DNA of 64,000 bases, from positions 16,182,001 through 16,246,000 of the forward strand of contig CM022668.1 of the NCBI GenBank assembly GCA_012295275.1, written 5' to 3'. The translations under genes were made by a program, and so were the position numbers. The notes under the pieces are model-generated. The model searched no databases and was not told the DNA's origin. It was given only the letters and a program-made list of their open reading frames with translations. Source of the DNA: Chrysomallon squamiferum (lineage: Eukaryota > Animalia > Mollusca). Shown here one piece after another: positions 27,043 to 39,690 of the stretch. How positions within the stretch are numbered: the stretch's first letter is position 1; each line of letters starts with the position of its first letter.

Positions 27043-27862
27043 TCACACACACTTTCATGGCAGAAAATAGATTTCGAAACGCTGAAAATGCGAACCATGA
27101 TTATGAAACAAAAACAACAAAAGAACTAACCTTATTTTTATAATTTTCATCGGTGAAAAGATTATGCATTAATGGTAACTATTATTAAAACTATAATTTT
27201 GTTAACTTCATAATAATTTTTTTTTTTTTTTTTTTTTTTTTCATGTCTGAAATGGTGTGACTAATGAAAGGATAATCGAAACTAATTGCGCATTGTTTAT
27301 ATCTGTTTCTTTCAATTTCATTTTGTTTGCCTTTTCTTTTTTTCATAATGCCTTTTTCTTTTGAACATATCTATCTCTGTGCATGTACGTCTATATATAT
27401 TTTCAGAACTTATTAATACTGATAGCCAGCAAATCCTGCCATGCAAAATAATTATTAAATACAACTTGACATATATTTTTAAATATATTAATGAATAACC
27501 CTATAAGGATCTATTGTACATTCTAAATAGTTACATAACCGTAGTGGTTTTTGTACTATGTGGGTAGGAGGTGCTGAGGTAGGGCGTAGTCACAGAAATA
27601 CTGGGAACAATCGATCTAATATGAATCGTTACTCATGATAAAATAATCGATTTATCACATTTTGAAAGTGATATTAACTCTTGTATTGTCTGAAACGTTA
27701 TCAGTAACTATATTTCTTTGTTAAATTACAATTATTTTAAATAACTTATTTTTTTATTATTTGTTATTACGATGTTGTTCTTGCTGTTACTGTTGTTGTT
27801 AAAACATCCCGCTAATAGCACGAACGTCCATTACATGAAAATGTATTTTTGTTATTATTATT

Positions 27863-27932
<70 letters not shown>

Positions 27933-28080
27933 ATTATTTTAATAAAACTTAATAAGATGTTAAACAATATGTTGTTCTTTTTTTTTTTTCCTCAGAGTGT
28001 CTGAACAGATTTCAACGAAAAGCAAAATAATAAAATAAAAATAATAATAATAATAACAATAACAAAAAAGACATTCAATT

Positions 28081-31000
28081 ATGCCAGTATTTAAACAAAA
28101 TTTAATTTTATTCTTATCTGGATTTTGGCTGGGACTCAATTTGTCAAGCATTTTGTTACTGCCATTGTTAAACGGAAATTGTACGAGATTAAAATATCCA
28201 GACGGAAATTCAGAAGCAGATTTAGATGTGGATTTAGCAAGTCTGAAACGATTCCAAGAATCTTTTATTTTTATTGGTGTCATGACTACAAAAAAGAATT
28301 TAATCACAAGAGCAGAAGCCATTGAACGTACTTGGGGGAAGTTAATTCCTAAAATATCGGGAAAGCTGACGTTCTTTATAGGGAAGGGAGGTAACTACTC
28401 TGGACATTTGTCTGTTGTTACGTTGGATGATGTATATGACGAAGTTTATCCGCCTCAGAAGAAATCTTTTTCTATGATAAAGTACATGCATGATAATTAC
28501 TTGGACCAGTTTGAGTGGTTCATGCGAGCAGACGATGATATGTTTATGAAACCAAGATCAGTGGAGAGATTCCTACGCTCTGTAAATAGTTCCCAGCCAC
28601 AGTACATAGGTCATCCAGGTTTAGGTACTGGCGAAGAAGAAGGGGATTTGGGATTAGATGGACATTACTGTCTCGGGGGTCCGGGAATTGTTTTTTCACG
28701 GAATACTTTAAGACAAACAGTTCCTGAAATTATGACTTGTCTAAGAAATATTGTGTCTGAACACGAAGACACTGAACTCGGTAGATGTGTTTATCAGTTA
28801 TCCGGCTTATCTTGTTCACAGTATTCAGAGGTGAGTTATTTGTTTGTTTGTTTGTTTGTTTATTTATTTATACTACTACTATTATTATTATTACTACTAC
28901 TACTATTACTACTAACTGTTACTACTACTACTACTACTACTACTACTAATAATAATAATAATACGTGTTGTTATTATTATCATAGTTACATCATACAGAT
29001 ACTATGTTTTCGTCATCGTAAGACAAATACAGATTGATATGATTTGTTCTTTTAGCATATGAAATTAAATATGCAAGTGCTGTCACCATTTACGTCAGAA
29101 CTAACTTTATATCTTCAAAATTTATCACATTCAGATGAAAAACAAAACTTTATTTCTTTGAATTTTATTATTAAAATGCAGCATGTCGGTCCAGATAAAT
29201 GGTCTAAAAGGATTCTTTACACTTGCAAGTTATTTTATAGATCTTTGATAAACGATTGTCACTCAAATCAATGTTAAAATAATTCTGTAACAAAATAATT
29301 ATATAAGCATAGCCATTACGGAATAATAATTGAATATATTTTATTTAATTATTTATTTATTTAATAAATAAATAAAAACAAATTTAAAAATTCTGACAAC
29401 TTCCTATCTTTGTCCGCGATGAGGTGACGACTACAAAAAAATAGCGGCAATCTGATTTTTCTAACTTGCTCCTTTTTTTGTGTGTTAAACTTCATTATTA
29501 ATGAACACAGGAAGGCCAATATATATATAAACAAATGAGTTTAAAGTAAGATATTTAGATTAATTTTTCCGTTTTAACAAATTTACATTTTAACTGTACC
29601 ACTGTAAGAATTGTTTTTTTTTGCTGCCACTCACAGTAATCTTCAGCGGTGTTTTTAATTACAGATTCATAAACTGTTTTATTTGAATGTCGAAGAAGAA
29701 GAAGCTTTATTTAAACAAAATAAGCGCAGCGACCTGATGTTCGCTTTGACACTGCATCCCGTGAAACAGCAAGAACACGTGTACGCTCTGTACAGCTATT
29801 TTAACACTGAGCGCGTCTTGAAACTCGGAAAGAAAATGTCGGATCTTTACTCAGAAGTAACCCGCATCAACAGCAGAATTCTTCCAAAATCCACAGCATC
29901 GAGCAGCGACGCTGTTAATGAATTATCAGCCCCAGTTTCTGATCGAAGAGATATGGATGACAACGTCAATGAAGACATTGAGCTGCTCAACGAACTAAAC
30001 TGGGATGCTAGTCAGGTAGGTACAATCGATAAAATAAAAGAAGATAACATATGGGAATTTATGCGTAACGGAAGTGTGTATTCATATAAAATCCCATTTA
30101 ACGAACCGTTTGAGCAGGTAGAACTCAAGGGCAGACAACTCGGACTAGCAGCTTCTATTGGTGCTCTAAACGAGTTCACATCGGCCTCAGAAAAACCAGT
30201 TTTTTCTTACGTAAAAGTCAGTCCCAGATTTGGACTGGAACACATCACGGGAGCGGAGGAAAACAACTCGACGTACAACTTATATATCTCACTGCAGCGG
30301 TTTCGGCTGACAGAGATAGCGGAAGATTCGACATTCGTGGGTTACGTAGATAAAACCATACACGTAATATTACCGCTGTACAAACGATCGGCGACATTTG
30401 CTCGTTTTATTGAACAGTTGAACTCCTCGCTGTCAGGTTATCCGGGCCGCGTGGTCATCAAAGTGGCGTTGTACGCAGACACAGATGACGAGTATTTGAA
30501 ATCGGCCACATTCGCTGGAATGTCCGCAAGCACCATCTCCAGTTTCAGTACAGAAATCTTGTTAATGAGTTGGCCGCATACTCGCAGTAACGCGATAAAA
30601 ACAGGTTTAAAGGGATTACCACCAGACTCACTGATACTAATCGTGGATGTCGATATGACGTTTACAGCTGATTTTCTACACAGAGTGTTTCTTAACACAA
30701 AGCTCGGCAAACAAGTGTATTACCCGATTCCATTCACTCAGTACTACAAACAAGCACCGTGTTACACCAACCCTGAAAACTGCTCCGCTAATAAAACAGA
30801 TTTCGATTTTGGACAAGACACAGGAACGTGGCGTTATTTTGACTACAAAGTGGTGGGAATATATAAAAGCGACATAACCCGAATTCAAGGTGTGGCTCGT
30901 ATTCGAGGTGGAGTCAATGAAGATATTGAGTTTTTCGACAAATGTCTGAATCATGGACTAAAAGTACTTCGTTCTGTTGATACAAGTTTAGTTCGTCTGT

Positions 31001-31128
31001 ACCACAAGAGTTGTGACGTCAGCTTACCACGTGATCAATTTAAAACGTGCACTGAGTCCCGAGAAGAGTTGTATGCTTCTGAGAGTACGTTAGCGAATAT
31101 TTTGTTTAACACTTCAAATGTCGAATAA
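28081..31128 (+). CDS. Chondroitin sulfate synthase 1-like paralog A (737 aa); GT31 motifs intact, GT7 motifs altered
   Basis: Exons 28081-28830 (GAG|gtgagt) and 29665-31128 (acag|ATT), phase 0, no frameshift. N-terminal signal-anchor, YPPQKKSF, EWFMRADDD, YCLGGPG, EHEDTELGRC, LTLHPVK, DVDMTF, QVYYPI. The GWGxED motif reads GGVNED. Confidence 0.9.
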
Positions 31129-32093
31129 ATCTATGCAGACTGAATTTTATAAACTTCTTATAATTAAATATTGTGTCTAAAAGAAATGTACTTCGGGAAC
31201 TTCCCTAAAGAGGCAATTAATTCTTCAAGGTCGCGCTTTTCTTGTTTTATATTCAAATTGTGAGATGTGAGTCTTTAGTATCTTAAATATTAATCGTGTG
31301 TTCTGATATTTAATATAACAACTACAACGAGTTTTCTTCTCTTAATAATAACATAAATAATAGACATTCATTCCTATCTAGACAGAGAAAGAGAAAAACT
31401 TTATGAGCGATTTTTGTTACTGTTCTATTTTTTCAATCAAATTTTGTTTTAGTCATTTATTCTTCATATCTTTAATTATATTTAGTTTTTCTTTCATTTT
31501 GTTTTCTTATCTTGATTTACATTTATTTTTACTATTTATCTTAATCTGAGTTTAGTTTATTTATTTACAACTTCGTTTTATTTTAATTTTATTCTACTTA
31601 AACAGCAAATAAAAAATGATCTCAAAAAAGTATTTATTTTATTCATTTAAAAAATATACAGAAGATATTAACAACAATTTTACTACAGTGCAACAATGAC
31701 GGTGAATAAGAATTTTTCTCACTTGAAATTAAATTAATCAATAAAATACAAACAAAAATTAAAATAAAATAAATACATTACAGATAGTGAAAATTATCGA
31801 TAAATTATGAAACCTCAATCTGCGTTAAGTGATCGAGTTTTATCACATCTTGTTAACACAGTTGTTCATAAACTGGGAGATTAACCGTTCTGCCGATGAC
31901 TTCTACAACAAAATTATACATTAGAATTATAAACTAAAAAAAAAATCAGTTATAATTACATAACTTGGCGTAGAAAAAGACTGATCACGTGACTAGAGAC
32001 TAAGCAGACGCCCACCAGCCTGATAAAAATCGCTGTAATAATTTTTTTACTACTGACTTGATTTAAATTTGCTAAGCAAAGCGAGATGTATTT

Positions 32094-34431
32094 TCAGTCT
32101 GTTAAGTTTGAATAATTAAGTAAAATTTCTGCTAAGACTCTTTGAGAACCGTAAATTTCTGACCACGAGCTGACACAGTCGTCGAACTCATCACGTGACA
32201 GGTTGACGTCACATGTTATTTTAGAATGAATGTTGTATAGTCCAGTATCAGTGGCTCGAAAAATAGTTAAACCTTTTTTTATGCTCCTTTCTACGAAGTT
32301 GTCGCTGTCTCTTTCCCAGCTCTCAATTTCCATATCACTTTTATACACTCCGACAATATTGTTCCTAGAATGACGCCAAGTTCCATAGTTTTGATCACAA
32401 TTAAACTTTATTTTGTCATTGAAACAGTCTGGATTACTGAAACAAATTGTGTTCGGATCGTACTGTGAGAAGTAAATAGGAAAATAGACTTGTTTACCAA
32501 GCTTTGTGTTTAGAAAAACTCGGTGTAAAAATTCTCCTGTAAGACGCATATCAACATCCATGATAACGACCAGTGAGTTTGGAGAGAGATTTTCTAATCC
32601 TTTTTTCATTGCTTTAGCGCGAGAAAAGTCTTCTGTCATCTGAAGTATTTTTATTTTCAAATTTTTACTTTTATTCTTCAGTTTATTAATACAACGTTTC
32701 ATCAAAAAATATTCATTTCTATTGTTTTTAGGTGTGACGACGTTCAAAATTATGTTATGCGAATAATAATTAGAAACAGCAACATTTAATGACTGAAGAA
32801 ATCCAGAACACGATTTTGTATACTTGTACATGGGTAATACCATATACATATCGGAATAGTTAAGTTCTGTGGTATTTTCGGTTACCTCCCCTGGCAGAAA
32901 TCGCCTAACTGCTACCCGAGCCCGATATTTCGACTTGTTCTTTACAACCGTGACGTTTCTTAATCCGAAAGTAACTACTAGACTTTCGTAAAAGAAACTT
33001 GATACATATGACTTTCCTTCCTTAACAAAGGTTTTTAATCTGACATTCCTTTTTTCCCTCCGAGCTTTCATAAAAGTATTTTGATTGAGAAGTTGATGTG
33101 AGTGTTCATTTCCAAACTGAATAAAATTCCACACTTCCGGTTCTTGACTTCCGTAGTTTTGCATGAACTTCCTGTCAGCGTATTTCCATTCATTTATCAT
33201 TTGACGTGTGTCGTTGAGTTGCAGCTGACTTATCATTTTGTTCAACACGTCCACAGAGTCCTGTAGTCGTACTGCTTGTAGTTTTAACTGTTTAATGTCG
33301 TCAAGGTTACAGAGGTTGTGTAGTTTGTACACTTTACTCGGTTCTTTAATAGGATGCATCGTCAGAGCCGAGGGAAAGGCTCCAGGTATCCAGTTTTTCA
33401 GAGAGTTGTTTTGATAAAAAGACGTTCAAACTGGAAAGAGAAAGAAGTCAGTAAAATGTTGTTTTCTTTCCTTTTAGCAGTAAATTTGAAGAGAGCAGGA
33501 AATTGTCTTTAGTGTTAAATAGAAAGATGATGGATAAATTTCCATGTTGTTCTTTTATTTCAAAATTGATTGAATAAAATAACTAAATAAACAAAAGCCA
33601 ACAGAGAAAGAAAGAAGGAAATAAATAAATAAAGAAAGAAGCAGATACACAAAGAATCAAACAAACAAATAATATAAATAAATAAATAAATAAATAAAAG
33701 AGTTTAACCTCAAAACTAAGTGTACAGGATAAGCCACATCTGTGATAAACACATCTGCCGAGTTCCGTGTCTTCGTGTGACGTCACTGTGTTGTTTAGAC
33801 AAGACGTAATTCCTGGAACCAGTTGCCTTAAAGTATTCCGTGAAAAAACAATTCCTGGACCACCGAGACAGTAATACGTACTCAGTCCTAGCTTTCCTTT
33901 TTCTGTTTTTCTTCCTAAAGCAGGCTGACCCATGTACAGTTGCCTGGAACTATTTACAGAGCGTAGGAATCTCTCCAGTGATCTTGGTTTCATAAACATA
34001 TCATCGTCTGCTCGCATGAACCACTCGAATTTGTCCAAGTAATTATCATGCATGTACTTTATCACAGAAAAACATTTCTTCTGTGGTGGATAAACTTCGT
34101 CAGATACATCGTCCAACACAACAACAGACAAGTTTCCATTGTAGTTATCTCCCTTCCCTATAAAGAACGTCAGCTTTCCCGATATTTTAGGAATTAACTT
34201 CCCCCAAGTACGTTCAATGGCTTCTGCTCTTGTGATTAAGTTCTTTCTTGTAGTCATGACAGCAATGAAAATAAAAGATTCTTGGAAGCCTGTCAGACTT
34301 CGTGAATCATGCAAATAAAGGTGAACGTTTGATCTCAGACAGATAAATTTAAGTACTAAATAATTTCCAAAAATCAGGCCCAAGAAAAATCCAAACAAAA
34401 ACAACAAAAGACTGATTTTAAACGTTTCCAT
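32094..34431 (-). CDS. Chondroitin sulfate synthase 1-like paralog B (about 686 aa); GT31 intact, GT7 catalytic motif lost; one apparent -1 frameshift
   Basis: Exons 34431-33709 and 33430-32094. WFMRADDD, YCLGGPG and SHEDTELGRC are present; the C-terminal region reads KSDMEIESWERDSDNF in place of GGF...GWGxED. The A5 run at 33416-33420 is one base short relative to paralog C. Confidence 0.85.
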
Positions 34432-35451
34432 ATTTAAATATCACGTCTGTTTTTCGCTGATTCTGAGAGAGAGAAAAAAGAAAGTGTGCACGTTTATATA
34501 TCTATATCTATTTGTCTGTCTGTCCATCTATCTATCTATAGATGTGTGCGTGCATCCGTAAGTGTGTGAGTATGTGTCAAATGAAAAAAGCAGATGTGCT
34601 TCGTTTTGTTGTTGTTACAATAATATTAGTATTAACATATTATTATTAGTAGTAGTAGTATTAGCATTAGTATTAGTATTATTAGTATTATTATTATTGT
34701 TATTAAACACTTTATCCTCAACTCTCACAATTAAATTTTAAATTAGTAATGACTCGTATCTCAAAACTTCAAAAGTAAGCAAGAAACGTTTAACCTTGAA
34801 ATTAATTACCTCTTTAGAGAAATTCACAAATTATATTTCATTTAGACACTCACCTTCGTACAAGAATATTTTATACACTGTCCTTCGTGTTTTTAAAATC
34901 TTTTTCTCTTTTAAGAATTTAAAATTCTGTGCAGAAAGTTGTTTTAATTTGGCTTAGCAGAGCCAGCCGGAGATGACATAAAAGAATTGATTTCTCTCAG
35001 TTGACTAACAGACAACGAGAGATGAAATAAAAATGATAAAACAATCGAGATAAATGGTAAACTAGGACTAACCTGTTTTTTTTTTTCTAATCGTGATAAA
35101 GAGAACGTGCTACAGCAGATGTTGAAAATCGATTGAATTTACCCTGCTGTTCTTCATTTGCTTCTCTGGCGAAACAACAGGGTGTGACTCGAAAACATTT
35201 GTTTTGTGATTAAAATCTGCTGTTCTCATGTAGATATATTTTCTAGGACATTGTATTTGTATATGTGTTATTTTGTGTGTGCGTGTGCTTTTATGTGTGT
35301 ACGTCCTGTGTGTTTGTGGGGAACGTCTATATATGTATGTATGTCGGTGGATTTGTATGTTAATCACTAATAATGTTTATCGCTTCTGTATGCAAATTCA
35401 AATTTGTTTAATGAAATAACTAGAGAATGGTGACGAATTAACGAAACAACC

Positions 35452-36186
35452 CAGATGGCACGAACTTATGATTTTTCCGAGTTACGAGTAGAGTTTTTGC
35501 ATTGAGTTGCGAGCGAAAGTCCGAGTTACGAGTTAGTTGGCGCAACGAACAACTCAACATCCGCCCAACATCCCGCGTCTCACTTGTTTGTTTCACGTGG
35601 TTACCTCGCCGTGAAAGCATCTCCGTTGTGTTGTGCTCGCGTTTTGTGCACTATTTTGCCAAATTTCCATGGATCTCAAAGAAATGAATGCAAAGGACAG
35701 TGCTGAGAAGAAGAAGCGGACGATGTCCATTGAATTCAAGCATGAAATCATAGAAAAACTTGCCAGCTGTGTGTGTAGTCGACATGGCTAGGCAGTACGA
35801 TCATAGTACTTCTACGATGTGTACCATACTGAAACAGAAGGAGTCGATAAAGGCTACAACTCCAACGAAAGCGTAAAATAATTTCTAAGCTGCGGGCCTC
35901 TGTCCATGAAAACGTGGAGAAACCCTAACCCTGTATACTTTACAAAACCAATTTATTTCTTTACATTCTCTTTTATTTTGGTTTTATACAATATTTGTCA
36001 TTTATAAATATATTTTTCTTATTTAAAAACACGTTATCCAAAATTGGGCCGGTTTTTTGGAGGGGCTGGAACGGATTAATAGTATTTCAATAAATTTCAG
36101 TCGGGAAAATTGATTTGATATACGAGCAAATTGAGTTACGACCTCGGTCACTGAACGAATTAAACTCGTAAGTGTAGGTATCACTG
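35452..36186 (+). mobile_element. Internally deleted Tigger/pogo-family DNA transposon, copy 1 (5' TIR decayed)
   Basis: Degenerate transposase N-terminus (MDLKE..KDSAEKKKRTMSIEFKHEIIEKLA..DMARQY..STSTMCTILKQKESI, CENP-B-type HTH). 3' TIR actcgtaagtgtaggtatcactg ends at 36186. Same flanks as the copy at 43269-44013. Confidence 0.8.
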
Positions 36187-36465
36187 TTTATATTTTAAAA
36201 ATAGGTCATGATTATTTAGCTCAATATCAAAATTATATTCTATATATTTGTAGTCCCGATATGTATATATATATTTCTCTTACCATATTCACAGTCAGTG
36301 AGAATGATTTCTAACGATTTGAAGAAGTTGTTGATAACATTTACATAGCAAAGCAGAATCATTACTTGTATGTTTAAATATCCGTCTTCAGTGTTAGTAA
36401 CTAACTAAATAAATAATAAAAAAAAAAAAAAAAAAAAAATAAAATAAAATAAATAGATAGATAGA

Positions 36466-36520
<55 letters not shown>

Positions 36521-37735
36521 ATCAGATGTAAAATGCATGTCCACGTCTGTTATCAGAGTCAGGAATTCAAAGAGAGGTCTTCTAAACCCTTTTTGATTGC
36601 TTTGGCCCGAGCAAAAGTTCCTGCTTCCATCAAAATTTCAATGTTAAGTGCTCTGTGTTTGGTTTTCATTTTATTAATGTATTTAATCGAAGTCAGATAT
36701 TCGTTAATTCCATCTCTGTAGAGTACAACTCGTAAGACAACAGAACCGCCATAATGAAAAACAGCCACGTTCAGCGATTTCAGAAATCTGTGTAATGTAT
36801 TTGATCGTCCGTGAAGTGGCAATATTAGAAATATTATTGTGTCTTTGTATGTGAACGAAGTCGTAGACTCTGTTATTTCAAAAGGTTGAAAAGTTTGTGT
36901 TGTCAGGTATGTTCTGAAAGAAGCGTTTTTGTGTCCTGTTACACAAATATGTTGAAGTCCAGAACCGATTTTGAAATTTTCATAAAAATGAACAACCACA
37001 TCAGATTTCAGTCCAAGATTGCGTAGTGACATCATAGAAGCCGATACTCCTATTTTCCATAAAACAACTTAGTAAACTGAAATTGTAAATACATAAACGA
37101 AACTCAGTTTTAAATAAAACAAACTAAATAAAAAAAAATAATAAATAAAAAAAAAAAAAAAAGATAAAAAATAAGTAAATAAAAAAAAATAAAAAAATTA
37201 AAATAAATAAATAAGTAAATAAAAAAAAATAAAAAAAAAAAAAAAAAAAAAAAAAAATAAATAAAAAATAAAAATATATAGTATGCATGAATGAGCACGG
37301 ATAGGTTATAGTTATGTGTAGGTTTATACCTCACTGCATGTATTCATCTGTAATCAGATGCATATTTACTTACATTGGTTATGTATGTGTACATATGTTT
37401 ATGTTTGGATATGTGTATATAATATATCTGTGTGGATGGATCTATGTGTGCATGTTATTATTATTATTTTTTTGTCAATGTATGTTTTGTAAAACAAAAC
37501 AAACATTAATAAAATGTTACCTCTTCAGTAGTCGTACAGACAACTTCTTGTTTGTGTGTATCGCATGTCTCAGTAGTATTACACGATGTCACCAAGTCGT
37601 TTGAAAATATCCTTCTCACTGTTTCTTTAGAGTAGATGCTCCCTGAACTCTGAATACAGTCAGCAAAACTGTCTTGTTTAGTTGTTTTGTCTTTATTAAC
37701 CTCGTGTCTTATAACGTGATTTTTAGTGCTATTCG
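36521..37735 (-). pseudogene. Fragmented duplicate of CHSY-like paralog D (D')
   Basis: 37519-37735 matches the 3' end of D exon 1 including the donor. 37079-37500 matches the D intron. 36521-37075 matches D exon 2 with an internal deletion after the acceptor, an in-frame stop near 36559 and loss of the whole 3' catalytic half. The 5' half of exon 1 is absent. Confidence 0.85.
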
Positions 37736-37737
37736 TC

Positions 37738-38300
37738 GAAAAATATACAGAAGATATTAACAACAATTTTAATACAATCAAACAATGACGGTGAATAAGA
37801 ATTTATCTCACTTGAAATTAAATTAATCAATACAACACAAACAAAAAATAAAATAAAATAAATACATTACAGACAGTAAAAATTATCGGTAAATAATGAA
37901 ACCTCAATCTGCGTTAAGTGATCAGTTTTATCAAGTGTTGTTAACACAGTTATTCATAAACTGGGAGATGACTTCTACAACAAAGTTATACATTAGAATT
38001 ATACACTAAAAAAAAGGATCAGTTTTAATTACTTGACATAGAAAAAGACTGATCACGTGACTAGAGACCAAACAGATAAAAATCGCTGTAATAATTTTTT
38101 TACTACTGACTTGATTTAAATTTGCTAAGCAAAGCGTGATGTGTTTTCAGTCTCTTACGTTTGAATAATTAAGTAAAATATTCTTCATACCTTTAATTAT
38201 ATTTAGTTTTTCTTTCATTTTATTTTCTTCACTTGATTTGCATTTATTTATACTACTTATCTTACTTTGAGTTTAGTTTATTTATTTACAGTTTCGTTTT
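37738..38300. repeat. Third, rearranged copy of the B/C 3'-flank including the last codons of the CDS
   Basis: 37738-38180 parallels 31653-32125 and 39240-39722 (acagaagatattaacaacaatttt ... gctaagcaaagcg ... tcagtct ... tttgaataattaagtaaaat). 38181-38300 parallels 31461-31580. Confidence 0.75.
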
Positions 38301-38309
38301 ACAAAGTTG

Positions 38310-39003
38310 ATTTATCAGGAGTGCAGTGGAGACAAGTTTTTACTGAAAGGAAAATTACACCAAACCTTGAATAAGACGTGACCTAACTAGAGACGTCAAG
38401 GTGAAGGTTACGTCATACCACGTGTTCATGAAAGCGATTGTTTTGGAGATGGTGGAGGTGTTATGGTAAGGCGTGAAATTAAAGGCTGGACCCAGATGGT
38501 TGTGAACGAATGTGGTGAGGTGCGGAGATAAAATTTTCTAAACACCTGTGCTACCGTTTGAGGAACAGAACAGTACCGGGATGTCATGACAACACGATAA
38601 CACTAGAACACGCATTGCTAGAGTTGTACAGCGGTGTCTCATAATTAACAGTGTTGATAATGTTGCCTGATGGGTCCCCGCAGTTATCATCAAAGAGGTC
38701 TTTGATGAAATAAAGCGACACTTGTGTGTCGTGTTTAATGCACGAACTCCGGCTTATCCTTCTTCACGTCTGAAATTCCCAAACGATTCTCCAGAGTTTA
38801 GTGTCCTCAGCAAGACAACTGTGTCAGGCGTGTGTCGGTGCGGACGTGGACACGCTCCCTGCTGATTGAGAGAATTTCATTCTCGAACCTTCCAGTGATG
38901 TGAATCATTCGCAAATGAACACTGCGTCACTTTCGTGGACTTCTTCTCCTTTCCATACCTTTCACTTTACCTGAAACAGCGTTTCCTTTAATCAGAGATA
39001 TAG
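38310..39003 (+). mobile_element. Degenerate Tc1/mariner transposase relic
   Basis: Piecewise translation gives Tc1-like remnants WRQV.., RRQGEGY, VHESDCFG(D)GGGVMV, QHDNTRTRIARVVQR, VFDEIKRHL and a C-terminal (G)GH(A)..*; there are many indels and no long ORF. Confidence 0.65.
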
Positions 39004-39690
39004 AAAAAGACTCAAAAGGCTTAGTATATTTTCAAACTCCCATTTATTCGGCGAACAAGTTTAAAAAGAATATAGTAACAACAAAATCAACAATAACAAC
39101 AACAACAACAACAACAAAAAGTAATAGATAAATAAATAAGAATTAATAAAATAAAATAAAATCCTGTCATTATTTTTATTCTACTTAAACAGCAAATAAA
39201 ATATTATCTCAAAAAAGTATTTATTATATCTATTTAAAACATATACAGAAGACATATTAAGAACAATTTTAATACAATGCAACAATGACGGTGAATAAGA
39301 ATTTATCTCACTTGAAATTAAATTAATCAGTACAACACAAACAAAAATTAAAATAAAATAAATACATTACAGATAGTGAAAATTATCGATAAATTATGAA
39401 ACCTCAATCTGCGTTAAGTGATCGAGTTTTATCACATCTTGTTAACACAGTTGTTCATAAACTGGGAGATTAACCGTTCTGCCGATGACTTCTACAACAA
39501 AGTTATACATTAGAATTATACACTAAAACAAAACAAAAAAATCAGTTATAATTACATAACTTGGCGTAGAAAAAGACTGATCACGTGACTAGAGACTAAG
39601 CAGACGCCCACCACCCTGATAAAAATCGCCGTAATAATTTTTTTTACTACTGACTTGATTTAAATTTGCTAAGCAAAGCGTGGTGTATTT

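Larger units (their letters stand above)
31587..37735. repeat. Segmental duplicate of 39174-46545 (D'+Tigger+B versus D+Tigger+C)
   Basis: Collinear near-identity across the 3' flank, both coding exons, intron, 5'-UTR intron, promoter region, Tigger insertion and D-derived fragments. Confidence 0.9.

Noticed and set aside
29683-31128. Stand-alone GT7 genes separate from the GT31 ORFs
   Set aside because: Each pair is joined by a conserved phase-0 GT-AG intron, so they are two exons of one gene.
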